Below are positions 20,331 through 30,772 of a stretch of 64,000 bases of DNA, piece after piece. Within the stretch, counting starts at the first letter, position 1. Every line of letters starts with the position of its first letter. The stretch is from Obrimoposthia wandeli (Eukaryota). The notes under the pieces are model-generated. The model did not search any database and was not told the DNA's origin. It was given only the letters and a program-made list of their open reading frames with translations. The stretch spans positions 62,001 to 126,000 of the forward strand of contig CDROCS010003917.1 of NCBI GenBank assembly GCA_977020255.1, in the 5' to 3' direction. A program made the position numbers and the translations under genes.

Positions 20331-20606
20331 ATGCTGGAACATAAAACAACTTCCATCAGTAGCACAATTTCAGCGCCCCAAATGCAAGTGCTAAAACGTA
20401 GGATTTGCTTTGGCAATTGTATTTTGTTGTTTACCGCTATCGGTGCAACACTGGCAATCGCAATTGGTTTCTTCTTTGAACAGCATTTCAGCTTAGCTTG
20501 GCAAGTTAGTGCTCACATTAGCATTATTCTTTGCTCTATCACTTTAAAAATCGGCTACCTGTTGCGTAGTTTTTCTTTAAAGCAACTAGGTAGCAGTAAC
20601 TTTTAA
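20331..20606 (+). CDS. Small membrane protein, first gene of the hmp operon
   Basis: RBS aaggag, two hydrophobic stretches, 15 bp before hmp. Confidence 0.7.
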   Translation: MLEHKTTSISSTISAPQMQVLKRRICFGNCILLFTAIGATLAIAIGFFFEQHFSLAWQVSAHISIILCSITLKIGYLLRSFSLKQLGSSNF

Positions 20607-20621
20607 TCATTTGGAAAAAAC

Positions 20622-21803
20622 ATGTTAACAGATCAGCATATCAGTACTATCAAGAGCACCATCCCTTTATTAGAGCAAGCGGGAAGTGCTTTAACCACGT
20701 ATTTTTACCAACGCATGTTCAAGGAAAGCCCGGAGTTGCAAAACATCTTTAACATGAGTAATCAAAGTAATGGCCGCCAGCAAGTAGCACTCTTTGAAGC
20801 AATAGCGGCTTATGCAAAAAACATTGAAAACTTAGCCGCTTTAACCACTGCCGTGGAGCGTATTGCGCAAAAGCACACCAGCTTTGCGATACAAGCTGAG
20901 CACTATGCGATTGTCGGTCACAATTTAATTGAAACCTTACGTGAACTAGCCCCTGATGCGTTTACCGCAGAAGTAGAAGAAGCATGGACAGCAGCGTATC
21001 AGTTTTTAGCGCAAATCTTTATCGATCGTGAAGCACAGCTTTACCAGCAAAGTAAAGCGGCTGCTGGTGGTTGGAATGGCTGTCGTGAGTTTGTAGTGAG
21101 CAGTAAAATAACTGAATCAGCGCTTGTGAAGAGCTTTGTATTTACACCGGTGGATGGCCAAGGCGTTATTGGTTATTTACCGGGCCAGTATATCGGGTTA
21201 GATATTCAACCTAGTGATAGTGAGTATCGTGAAATTCGCCAATATTCGCTATCCAATAAAGCCAATGGTACTGATTATAGGATCTCTGTGAAGCGTGAAA
21301 GCCAGCCAGTATCGGGTGTCGTTTCCAACTATTTGCACGATCATTTACAAGAAGGTGATGTAGTACAGCTGCATCCACCAGCCGGTGATTTTCACTTTGT
21401 TGATCGTGGCCACAATGTTGCACTGATTTCAGCAGGTGTGGGTGTTACACCTATGCAAGCGATGTTAGAGCAGTTAAGTGCTGATGATTATGCGCATAAA
21501 ATATATTATTTACATGCGTGTGAAGATGCGGCTGCGCACTCTTTTGCACTGCGTACTCAAAGCTTGTGTGATAAGGCTAACCGTGAGCAACATAGTTGGT
21601 ATTTAAACGGTGGTAATACTGATGAAAATGGCCATAGCGGTTATATCGATCTTAGCTGTGTCGATATCGCACTACATGAAACAGATTTTTACTTGTGTGG
21701 GCCGGTCGTTTTCATGCAGTTTATGAAGCAGCAATTGCTAGGTTTGGGTGTGGCACAAGAATGCATTCATTACGAAGTGTTTGGGCCGCATCAGGGGTTG
21801 TGA
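20622..21803 (+). CDS. hmp: Flavohaemoglobin (NO dioxygenase)
   Basis: Globin domain (FYQRMF, IAQKH, HYAIVG) plus reductase (PGQYI, RQYSLS, SAGVGVTPM, YLCGP, YEVFGP). Confidence 0.97.
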   Translation: MLTDQHISTIKSTIPLLEQAGSALTTYFYQRMFKESPELQNIFNMSNQSNGRQQVALFEAIAAYAKNIENLAALTTAVERIAQKHTSFAIQAEHYAIVGHNLIETLRELAPDAFTAEVEEAWTAAYQFLAQIFIDREAQLYQQSKAAAGGWNGCREFVVSSKITESALVKSFVFTPVDGQGVIGYLPGQYIGLDIQPSDSEYREIRQYSLSNKANGTDYRISVKRESQPVSGVVSNYLHDHLQEGDVVQLHPPAGDFHFVDRGHNVALISAGVGVTPMQAMLEQLSADDYAHKIYYLHACEDAAAHSFALRTQSLCDKANREQHSWYLNGGNTDENGHSGYIDLSCVDIALHETDFYLCGPVVFMQFMKQQLLGLGVAQECIHYEVFGPHQGL

Positions 21804-21908
21804 TCTTTAAGATACGAAATTTAAGTTACGAGTTAAGAGCTAGAAGCTGAAAAGCTAGAAGATGAGAGCTAAAAGCTACGAGCAAATAGAGTAGCGAAGC
21901 TTTTCAAT

Positions 21909-21937
21909 GATCCGCTATTAGAAGTTAATAGCGGGTT
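21909..21937. terminator. Probable terminator between hmp and ADH
   Basis: Stem ccgctatta-gaagt-taatagcgg. Confidence 0.6.
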
Positions 21938-21961
21938 AATATTTTCAATAGGATCTACTTA

Positions 21962-23122
21962 TCACCAGGCAGCTTGATAAATTTCCAGTGCGTGAGCGAG
22001 TGTCATCTCTCGTGGATTGTTTATCAACAAGCGTGCCTGTTTCATTGCTTCACTGGCTAACAAAGGCAGTGCTGACTCTTGAATATCGTAATCACGTAGT
22101 CTCACTTTCTTGACTAAATCAGTACTGAGTTTGGCTAGTGCATTAATAAATGCGTTACTACGTGCCAAATCGCCTCCAATTTCCGCCAGTTGAGGGAATA
22201 CTAAAGGTGCCAATGCTGCGTACTGAGCAGCGCAAACTGATTGGTTAAAGCGCATCACATAGGGCAGTATTAATGCATTAGTTAAACCGTGGGATAAATG
22301 ATAAATACCCCCTAAAGGATAAGCTAAGGCATGCACAGCTGCCACGGGCGAGTTAGCAAACGCTTGGCCTGCCAGCATGGAGCCTAGCAACATATTAGAG
22401 CGCGCCGTGAGGTTAGTGCCTTCCTTGACGGCCGTTTCTATATTTGCACCTAACATGGCTAATGCTTCTCTAGCGAGTGCCGCTGATATTGGGTTATGAT
22501 TTTGGCTACGCGAAGTGTACGCTTCGATTGCGTGCACCATCGCATCAATGCCAGTAGTGGCTGTGATCATTGGCGGTAAATCAATTGTCAACTGCGCATC
22601 TAACAAGGCTAAATCCGGCATTAATTGTGCCGATACCACCCCTTTTTTTTCAATATCGCCAACAGTGATGATTGCCACAGTAGTGACTTCAGAGCCCGTA
22701 CCTGCAGTCGTTGGAATTTGAATCAATGGCAACCTTTGACCTTTAACTAAATTAACACCGTAAATATCTTGCAGCTGTTCTTTACCTTTAGCGAGTAGTG
22801 CAACCAGTTTGGCAACATCCATCGAAGATCCACCGCCAAGGCCAATCACTCCATCAACCCGTTCATTAATGGCCTTATCTGTCGCGGCGAGTACGATAGA
22901 TTCAGCGGGGTCGGCCAGCACTTTGTCAAACACAATAGGTGTAACACCCGCTTGAATGAGAGTGCTCAAGATGGGTTGCAGTAAACCTGCCTTGATAATG
23001 CCTTGATCAGTGACTATTAACACCCGTTCACCGATCATTCTTATACAGATTTCTCCAATCTGCGTTGCAGCATTAGGTTCACATATTATTTGTTTTGGGG
23101 CATTAAAGACAAAACCATTCAT
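21962..23122 (-). CDS. Iron-containing alcohol dehydrogenase
   Basis: GLGGGSSMDVAK, IPTTAGTGSEVT, DAMVHAIEAY, HALAYP, HG. Confidence 0.93.
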   Translation of the reverse strand: MNGFVFNAPKQIICEPNAATQIGEICIRMIGERVLIVTDQGIIKAGLLQPILSTLIQAGVTPIVFDKVLADPAESIVLAATDKAINERVDGVIGLGGGSSMDVAKLVALLAKGKEQLQDIYGVNLVKGQRLPLIQIPTTAGTGSEVTTVAIITVGDIEKKGVVSAQLMPDLALLDAQLTIDLPPMITATTGIDAMVHAIEAYTSRSQNHNPISAALAREALAMLGANIETAVKEGTNLTARSNMLLGSMLAGQAFANSPVAAVHALAYPLGGIYHLSHGLTNALILPYVMRFNQSVCAAQYAALAPLVFPQLAEIGGDLARSNAFINALAKLSTDLVKKVRLRDYDIQESALPLLASEAMKQARLLINNPREMTLAHALEIYQAAW

Positions 23123-23140
23123 GCAGCTTTCCTTGAATAT

Positions 23141-23325
23141 TTAGGGTGGCAACTGTACCACGCTCTTTTGTGTAAATCTGATCCACTCAATCAGCCGAGT
23201 AGCTGGAGCCGATTCAGCGAGTAATACTGATAACTTTTCATCTTTTAGCGTGTGTGATACGCTCGCCAGGCGTTTTATAATGCTGGTGCAACCCTTAAAT
23301 AAGGCTCATCTAATAATAAGCGATA
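23141..23325 (-). pseudogene. Degraded C-terminal remnant of a LivF-like ABC ATPase
   Basis: Across frameshifts reads LLLDEP..VAPAL / KRLASVSHTLKDEKLSVLLAES / DQIYTKERGTV (Walker B, H-loop region, terminal strands). Confidence 0.65.
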
Positions 23326-23588
23326 ATCATGATTTCATACAGGGAGAAGCTTCAATCTATTTTTTTGTGAGAAATAAACTTTCAAAAGAATCAGTGGTGC
23401 GCCTTAAACTCTTTATAAAAGATCAGAAAAGCTGGTTGATGAATGAGACTACAACACAGTTCAATATCGATAGGGATCAGTATTTGAGCAAACTGTATGC
23501 CTTTTTGTAGTTATCTTGTACGGCACTTATTTTCAGCAAAGCTGTATTACCATTTTCCCCTTTCAAGTCACCCAACTCAGTAGATCAC

Positions 23589-24250
23589 TTAGCTATCTGC
23601 TGTCATGTATGTTTTGTCAGCGTAATCAGCTAAATGTAACCTCTCTTTTATATCCTCGCGAATTTCGCTGCTATCAATCGGATACAAACTACAAACTTGC
23701 AGTGCTTGTCTAATACTGATGTCGTTGTCGAGTTTCTCTAATACCACGTGTGAGCAAAATGGGCGATGATCCAAACCGCCAGAAATAGCGGTTGTTAACC
23801 CTGAAAGGAGATCGATGCGGGTTCTATTAGCGGGGTAATAGATTTGTTGGCCCCAGTTATTTAACGTTGAGCTTTCGCAATCACTGAATACAATACGATC
23901 GCGAATAAGCTGGAGAAAACCGTGGTAGCGTACATTAAAATGTCGCGTTTTATCTTTATGTTTGTAGGGTATCCGCTCGATATACTTTGTTAATGTGATG
24001 CCCTTTTCATCATAGATATAAACCAGTGTGCGTATTAGCATGCCAGGGTTAGAGGGCGAGCAATAATAGTTATGATATAGGCCGTGATAAGGCTTAAGAA
24101 ATTCATAGGATTGCTCTGCACCTTTAATAGCGCTGTTAAATAAATTTTGTAGTGGATGTTGCTCTTGAGGCTGAGCGCTTCGTGGTTTGTGATTGACTAA
24201 TTTTTTAAAATCATCAGGGGGCAGAAACAACTCATCGGCATCGAGAGATT
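23589..24250 (-). pseudogene. C-terminal part of an XRE-family regulator-like protein lacking an intact HTH
   Basis: Begins LDADELFLPPDDFKKLV, the direct continuation of the HTH ORF at 24545-24769. Confidence 0.65.
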
Positions 24251-24544
24251 AATGTATCATTTTGTTTGGATTCAAAGGCATTTGTTGAATATTTGTTGAG
24301 GCGTTTAAAAGCAATTATCCAAAAAATTGGACGAAGGCTATTTAGTTACGATCATATTCATATGGTGAAGTACAGTTCAGATCCAAAAATAGCACCATCT
24401 CATGAGGGGCCCACTGGGGAGGGGAAGCTAAATATTTATTAAACTGTTACGAAAATATGTCGATTGATGTGAACAAAGTGAATTAAATAGTAAGCAGCTT
24501 TTCCTAAAACTCCGGTCGCTTGCGGCCAGATTTTTTTATAATCA

Positions 24545-24769
24545 TCAGGGTAGAAACAACTCATCAGCATCGAGACCAAAGAACTCATCAGCATCGAGAC
24601 CAAAGAAATCGTTTATCTTACGAAGGCTATTTAGCGAAGGGTTACTTTGCCCACCTAAATATTTATTAAACTGTTGTCGATTGATTTTAGCCAGCTTTGA
24701 AACTTGTGATATTGAAGAGTAGTACGAACATAAAGTACGCAAATTTACCATTAAGTTGTTACTCACCAC
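24545..24769 (-). pseudogene. XRE HTH N-terminus, frameshifted or truncated
   Basis: NLRTLCSYYSSISQVSKLAKINRQQFNKYLGGQSNPS; 21-nt tandem duplication (FFGLDADE twice), then premature TGA. Confidence 0.72.
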
Positions 24770-24998
24770 AAAGATCCTCCCACTTAGAAAAATAACCAAC
24801 GCTTAATGAATAAGACGATGTCGACAAGTAATGCGAAAGCGCATCATAAACAAGCGTTATCTAGCTTCAGTTCTTTGGTAGTTGCGAATGCTCAGCGCAA
24901 TAAATAGCCGATATACTAATTTTAATGATAATAACTCAAAAATAATAACTAGTTCCCATCCATAAACTGGGTTCGTCGCGAGAGCGATTCAATAATTA

Positions 24999-25060
24999 GA
25001 GATGGGTGCTACTAGATATAGGCGTTTGGTTATTCCAATTATCTAGATCTAGTCGTGAGT
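24999..25060. repeat. Dispersed hairpin element, copy B
   Basis: gagatggg..actagat..ggcgtttggtt..atctagt.gtga, as in 7983-8047; cataaactgggtt shared at 24961 and 7872. Confidence 0.65.
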
Positions 25061-25349
25061 AGATTGAGTTAGTGAGGCGTTCGCAGTAGACATCCGTTTC
25101 TGAATGGCACTAGTTAGATAAGCTAGCCACTATTATTAAGAACGTCACTATTGTATTGCCTCTATTAACTTTTATACAAATTTAAGCGCTACTATTGCAC
25201 AATGCCTTTCCATGCTGAGGGCTTCAGATGAGCGACTGTAAAAAAATTATAAAATTGAAATTAATCTATTGCAGGTCTAAGCTGATAAATGCGTCCAGAT
25301 GCAGTTAAAAAACCGAACTAAATGAAAATTTTAACTAGGAGGCTTAGAG

Positions 25350-26174
25350 ATGAGTTCAATCAGGAAGAAGCAAATAAGTTTGTTACTAAAAGGCATTGAA
25401 ACGGGTGATGAAAAAGCCGTTGCAGTGGTTGATGAAGAGCAATATATTCAGCATAACCCGCAAACTCAAGAAGGTAGCGAAGGTTTAGCTGCGTTATTTA
25501 AACGCCTCTCAAAAACCTCTCCTAAGGTAAATATTGTACGTGTATTTGAAGACGGTGATTATGTCTTTGCGCATACTGAATATGATTTCGCGCACTCTAA
25601 TATTGGCTTTGAGGTGTTTCGATTTGAAAATGATCGTGCGGTAGAGCATTGGGATAATATACAACGACGAGCCGGTCCTAACGCTAGCGGCCACTCCATG
25701 GTTGATGGGGAAGTGGTTGACGGGAAGGAAATTGACGGGAAGAAAATCGACGGAGCAGTTCAAATAGATGATCTACATCCAACAAAAGCTAGTCAAACAG
25801 AAGTCAATCGAACACTAGTGCAAGCTTTTGTCGACGACATACTCATTAATCGCCGCTTTGGGATGCTGGATAACTATATAAATAACAGGCAGTTTATTGA
25901 GCATAATCCATTATCTACAGATGGAGTCGAGGCACTACAGCAGAGGTTGACAGCATTATCTGATGGAAAACTCATAATAAACTACCAGCATAACCATCGC
26001 ATTCTTGCAGAAGGCAGCTTTATACTTGTGGTATGTGAAGGCACTGTAGAAGGGAAAAACAGCGCGTTTTATGATCTATATCGCGTGCGTGATGGTAAAA
26101 TTGTTGAGCATTGGGATACAATTGAAACGATACCAGCGCGCGAAAGTTGGAAAAATAACAACGGTAAATTTTAA
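25350..26174 (+). CDS. Tandem SnoaL/NTF2-like domain protein
   Basis: Two repeats (YIQHNP...VEHWDN and FIEHNP...IVEHWDT); RBS aggagg. Confidence 0.85.
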   Translation: MSSIRKKQISLLLKGIETGDEKAVAVVDEEQYIQHNPQTQEGSEGLAALFKRLSKTSPKVNIVRVFEDGDYVFAHTEYDFAHSNIGFEVFRFENDRAVEHWDNIQRRAGPNASGHSMVDGEVVDGKEIDGKKIDGAVQIDDLHPTKASQTEVNRTLVQAFVDDILINRRFGMLDNYINNRQFIEHNPLSTDGVEALQQRLTALSDGKLIINYQHNHRILAEGSFILVVCEGTVEGKNSAFYDLYRVRDGKIVEHWDTIETIPARESWKNNNGKF

Positions 26175-26181
26175 ATAATCC

Positions 26182-27075
26182 TTATCTTAAGGATTTTTTA
26201 GGCTGCTTATTCACGACTTTACGCGTTAAGGCGATGCCAGTGAGGATAATTGCAACAGACACTAAACTCAACCATGTCACCTCTTCATCTAGTATCGCGA
26301 TACCACTAAAAAAGGCCAGTACAGGTATCAAGTAATTCACGTTGGATATAAAGCTTGGCCCTGCTCGTTCCACCAGAGAGAAGTAAAGAATAGAAGCCAT
26401 ACCAGTAGGGATGATACCAAGCCAAATAATGGCGTAAATAGCACCAATACTTGGCGCACTTATGTTATCAAAACCTTGGTATAGTGCAACGGGTATTGAA
26501 ATGGCACTAGCAGCTAGCAGCATACCTGCGCCACCTACTAAAGGGTCAAACTTAGGTAATCTTCTAATAAAAATAGTATTACTGGCATAGCTCGCAGTTG
26601 CACAAAAAATGGCGAGCTGTGCGATCACTGAATGGCTACCCTCTATCTGAGGGCCTAGCAGCAATGCGACACCGCAGAAGCTCACGCTACAGCCGATAAT
26701 TTTATAGCGATTAAGCGTTTCGTTGTCGACAAAATAGTGAGCTAAAATCATTGTTATCAACGGCATAAATGCCATCAGCACTCCAGTTGTGCCTGAAGAG
26801 ACACTCTGTTGCCCCCAAGAAATCAAGAAGAAAGGGAGTGCGTTTCCCATCACACCAAATAGCGTGAGATATAGCCAAGACCTTATATCTCTAGGAAGCT
26901 GCTTGCCTCTGATACGTGCAGCAAGTAATAGCACCAATGCACCTAAAGTGATGCGCAAGGTAGAAATTTGAATCGGACTAAACTGCTCAACAGCCACAGA
27001 GGTGATGAGAAAGGAAGTTCCCCACATCAAAACTAATGTATAAAACATTAACCAATTAATTCGTCTAGCGGACAT
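26182..27075 (-). CDS. DMT/EamA-family transporter
   Basis: WGTSF, GNALPF, WGQQ; about 10 TM segments. Confidence 0.9.
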   Translation of the reverse strand: MSARRINWLMFYTLVLMWGTSFLITSVAVEQFSPIQISTLRITLGALVLLLAARIRGKQLPRDIRSWLYLTLFGVMGNALPFFLISWGQQSVSSGTTGVLMAFMPLITMILAHYFVDNETLNRYKIIGCSVSFCGVALLLGPQIEGSHSVIAQLAIFCATASYASNTIFIRRLPKFDPLVGGAGMLLAASAISIPVALYQGFDNISAPSIGAIYAIIWLGIIPTGMASILYFSLVERAGPSFISNVNYLIPVLAFFSGIAILDEEVTWLSLVSVAIILTGIALTRKVVNKQPKKSLR

Positions 27076-27390
27076 GTGGATCCCTTCGATGTGTGTGATT
27101 AAAGAGTGCGATGTAAGTATTATGAGATATGTTTTTGGCGTTTGATATTGTTCGCGCCAAAGTATCTAGTGTGCTGTTAATAGTCAAGCAAATGCTTTGT
27201 GCGCATGAGGGTATTTGTGCTTTGGTTGATGTAAGTTGTTGGGGATCGTACCGTCAGGTTAAAAGAACCTAACTGATATCTTTTGGGATGTATAAAGTAA
27301 GAACTTGAGGGATTTTGGTTTCTAAGTGAAACTTGATTCCCAATCAACCAAGTTAAAAACGACACCCCAATAAAGCCTCATCTACCTTAA

Positions 27391-28254
27391 TTAACTCTGC
27401 TCTTTAAGCCACTGGGCAAACATAGCTAGGGCTGGATGGCTGCAATCATCGTGGTGCAATAAGTAGTAATCACCGGTGGCGATGGGCGGTTGTTCAAAAG
27501 GGCATACCAACGTATTGCTGCGTAGTAGCTCAGTCAAAAATACTTGTGGTATTAACGCAATTCCCAATCCTTCTATTGCCGCTTGAATAGCAAATATTGT
27601 ATTTTCAAAGTTAACGTCCGTCGGTTTTTTCGCTATATTAATCCCGCTACTGTTGGACCACTGTTGCCATAAATCAGGGCGTGTAGTGAAGTGGATTAGA
27701 GGGTGTTGTAGCAGTAATTGTTCTACGTTATCTTTGCTTTTCAACAGCGATGGTGCGCACACTAAATGGCAGAATTCTGTCATGAAAGGGATGCCCTTCA
27801 AACCACTAAATTCCTTGGGGTTGCGGCGTACATGCACATCGTGTCCAGCGTTTAAATCAATGCTGAGAGAAGAGGTTGTTACTTCTATCGTTATATCTGG
27901 GTATTGCTGTTTAAAGTTGGCTAAGCGAGGGATTAGCCAGTGCAAAGCGAAGGTGGGGGGAGTATCAAGTTTGAGTGTTCCTCGCTTACCACTGTGAATT
28001 AACTGTGAGTTAGCGGTACTGATTTGTGCTAGAGCAGGTTGAATCAAGCGGTAGTATTTTTCTCCAGCGGGGCTCAAGCGAACTTCGCGGTAATGTCGGC
28101 TGAAAAGCGCAACACCTAACTGTTTTTCTAAACTGCGAATTTGTCGGCTTACGGCACCTGGCGTGACAAAAAGTAATTCAGCAGCGCGCTTAAAACTAAG
28201 ATACTGTGCGGCAACGGCGAATACTTTGATACTATTGAGTGATATTTGATTCAA
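27391..28254 (-). CDS. LysR-family regulator (GcvA-like)
   Basis: SFKRAAELLFVTPGAVSRQIRSLE, WLIPRLANF, AAIEGLGIAL. Confidence 0.92.
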   Translation of the reverse strand: MNQISLNSIKVFAVAAQYLSFKRAAELLFVTPGAVSRQIRSLEKQLGVALFSRHYREVRLSPAGEKYYRLIQPALAQISTANSQLIHSGKRGTLKLDTPPTFALHWLIPRLANFKQQYPDITIEVTTSSLSIDLNAGHDVHVRRNPKEFSGLKGIPFMTEFCHLVCAPSLLKSKDNVEQLLLQHPLIHFTTRPDLWQQWSNSSGINIAKKPTDVNFENTIFAIQAAIEGLGIALIPQVFLTELLRSNTLVCPFEQPPIATGDYYLLHHDDCSHPALAMFAQWLKEQS

Positions 28255-28388
28255 TACTACTTACCTAATGAGGTGACTAAAACTCAACTAAGTATAGCCT
28301 ATAAGTCGTTTTACAGTAATGTTTATAAGCTAGATAATCCTGCAACTCACCACACATAAGCCGTTACTTATGTACTGTTAAATATGCA

Positions 28389-29264
28389 ATGGAGTTTTTT
28401 TTGGAATTGATAGCGATTTGGGCAGTGGTTCTTTCCGCCGCTTTGCATGCCATTTGGAATTACTTTCTCAAGCAATCATCAGAGCCGAACTTATTTGTTG
28501 GTTTGTCAAAAATAGTTGAAGCGTTGTTATTTGCACCGCTATTTATTTACTTTTACCAACTATCTCCTTTTGGTGCTGACCAGTTGGTAGCCGTTGCGAT
28601 TGCTTCTTTGTTGGTTTTTTTAAATTACTACTTTCTCAGTTTGACCTACCAGCATTTAGAAATGAGCTTGGCTTATCCGATATCGCGCTCCAGTACTTTG
28701 TTTTTACCATTTTTGGTGTGGTTTTTTCTTGGCCAGACGATTGATCTCACCGGTGCCATCGCATTAACGCTTATTCTACTTGGCGTCGCACTGCTCAGTA
28801 CGGTAAAAGCACAGGGCAACGTGGGCGGACTTGCGCAGAAAAAAACGGGAATATTACTCGCTTTGTTAGTTGCCTTTATTGCTGCTTTGCAAACGCTGTG
28901 GGCTAAAATAGCGCTAAATCAATTACACCCCTTTCTATTTTTCTACAGTTATACTTTTGTTGTCGCACTGTGCTATTTAGTCTTTACGCTCAAAAAGTTT
29001 CACCTACATCGAATGAAGACTTATTTTGAGGCACAGTGGCGACCAATTAGTGGAGTTGCGATACTTAACACTGCTAGCTATATGTTGTTTCTATTCGCAC
29101 TTAGTCGCGGAAATACTGCATATGTTGGCGCATTGCGCCAGCTAAGTTTGGTTGTGGCACTGTTACTGGGTGTTTGGCTACTGAGAGAAACACTGGGGCA
29201 GCGTAAATTATTGGGGACTGCAATTGTGATTGTAGGATCAATACTGATCACCTTCGCTGGCTGA
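28389..29264 (+). CDS. DMT/EamA-family transporter
   Basis: LHAIWN, MSLAYPISRS, YVGALRQLS. Confidence 0.88.
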   Translation: MEFFLELIAIWAVVLSAALHAIWNYFLKQSSEPNLFVGLSKIVEALLFAPLFIYFYQLSPFGADQLVAVAIASLLVFLNYYFLSLTYQHLEMSLAYPISRSSTLFLPFLVWFFLGQTIDLTGAIALTLILLGVALLSTVKAQGNVGGLAQKKTGILLALLVAFIAALQTLWAKIALNQLHPFLFFYSYTFVVALCYLVFTLKKFHLHRMKTYFEAQWRPISGVAILNTASYMLFLFALSRGNTAYVGALRQLSLVVALLLGVWLLRETLGQRKLLGTAIVIVGSILITFAG

Positions 29265-29453
29265 ACAGCTATAGATAGCTAGCAATAAATAGTTTTATTT
29301 AAATGCCCCGCTAATGCAGAGATGTCGCGCTTTTCTTGAAGGTTTAGTATTGCTGCTTTGTGCAGGCTGCAGTTTGTGCTATTAGTATTTGATATATAAG
29401 GTTAATATCAGAGTTAAAACTAGTATGATAGCCGGCGAGGATCGCGAGTGTAG

Positions 29454-30068
29454 ATGCTTTACTTAATTTTAATTGTCCTGTTTTCAGCTATTGTGCTGGT
29501 ACCGTTTGCAGGATTATATGCATATAAAAAGCTCCCCAAGCAATATTTTTTCCTATTACTTATTATATGTATTACTGCACCAGTTCTTGTATTCAAGCTC
29601 TATGAAAGAAACTTTATCGTTGGTTCTATCCCTGCTGGATTGCAAGTCGAAGAGTTGCTTTATAGTAAGCAAGAATCTTGGGGCTTTGGACCTGGCGGCA
29701 ATGAAGCAGGCATTGAAGTGTTTCGGCTCAATCAGTCAATCACTACACAAATTACAAATGATGGAATTGAGTTCTTTGAGAATATGACGGTTGATAAATC
29801 GCAAAGGCGAATCACACGCTCGTTTATTAAATGGTCGAAAACACCGATTCAGCCCACCGAGAATTGGAAGAAAAACAAAGCTAACAAACAGTTAGATGTC
29901 TATGATTATATTTGTGCATATGGTTTTTGTATTGATATCGAGCCAACAATGGTTGAGCTAGCAAATCAACTGGTTAACGATCCCGAAAATTTCTATTCAT
30001 TTGGGCGTATAGGTTTGATCATCGTAAGTCCAAGTAAAAAAACGATAATGTATATCTATAATGGTTAA
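29454..30068 (+). CDS. Hypothetical membrane-anchored protein
   Basis: 204-aa ORF with two N-terminal hydrophobic helices; no family recognised. Confidence 0.7.
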   Translation: MLYLILIVLFSAIVLVPFAGLYAYKKLPKQYFFLLLIICITAPVLVFKLYERNFIVGSIPAGLQVEELLYSKQESWGFGPGGNEAGIEVFRLNQSITTQITNDGIEFFENMTVDKSQRRITRSFIKWSKTPIQPTENWKKNKANKQLDVYDYICAYGFCIDIEPTMVELANQLVNDPENFYSFGRIGLIIVSPSKKTIMYIYNG

Positions 30069-30253
30069 AGCAAATAAGGGTAAATTGCGCTTAGTCGCCG
30101 TTTACGACAAAGCATTCGCTTAGCATCTAGCACTTATTATTCAGTATTGTCACCTTTCGCATCAAGATCCGCACAAAAATCTTCATTGCGCTTGCCAGTG
30201 CTATATAATCTAAATAATTATCATCAATGAATAACCCCATCCTTGGAATATAT

Positions 30254-30487
30254 ATGAAATTATTAGTACGCAACTTAGATCGATTAACCACACAAGCAGA
30301 ATTGAACGAGCTATTTGTAGCATTCGGTACAGTCCAATCTTGTAGTCTGGTTGTTGACCAAGTTAGTGGCGAATCTAAAGGCTTTGGCTTTGTTGAAATG
30401 CCTAAAGTAGGCGAAGCAAAAGTAGCTATAACTAATCTTAATAATAAAACAGTTGGCAGCAGCCAAATACGGGTTAAAAAGGCGTAA
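30254..30487 (+). CDS. Single-RRM RNA-binding protein
   Basis: RNP2 KLLVRNL, RNP1 KGFGFVEM. Confidence 0.92.
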   Translation: MKLLVRNLDRLTTQAELNELFVAFGTVQSCSLVVDQVSGESKGFGFVEMPKVGEAKVAITNLNNKTVGSSQIRVKKA

Positions 30488-30772
30488 TTAAGAAATGTCT
30501 TATAAGTTAGTACCCGCTTAAGTATCGGCATAGGTTTCGTGGATGTTTTGGTTTTGTCGCTATAGCGACAACCAGATCGCCCGCGCGATTTAGCAAGCTG
30601 TATTGAATTACAGTAAACCTCTGTAGCGCTAAATAAAGACAAATACCTTCATAAAGCTACCATTCCCCGCTTGTCTATTAATTCCCTCAACATGGATTAA
30701 TAGATATCTAACAACTGATCCACAGCTTTGTGCAATTAAACTCATATTATAGTTAATAATTTGGATAATTAA

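Noticed and set aside
23250-23510. 86-aa + ORF, faintly like a LysR C-terminal tail
   Set aside because: No RBS; its 5' part is antisense to the LivF-like remnant; similarity too weak to call
30127-30642. 171-aa minus-strand ORF
   Set aside because: Antisense shadow of the RRM gene, which has clear RNP motifs. The same applies to most other short nested antisense ORFs in the track
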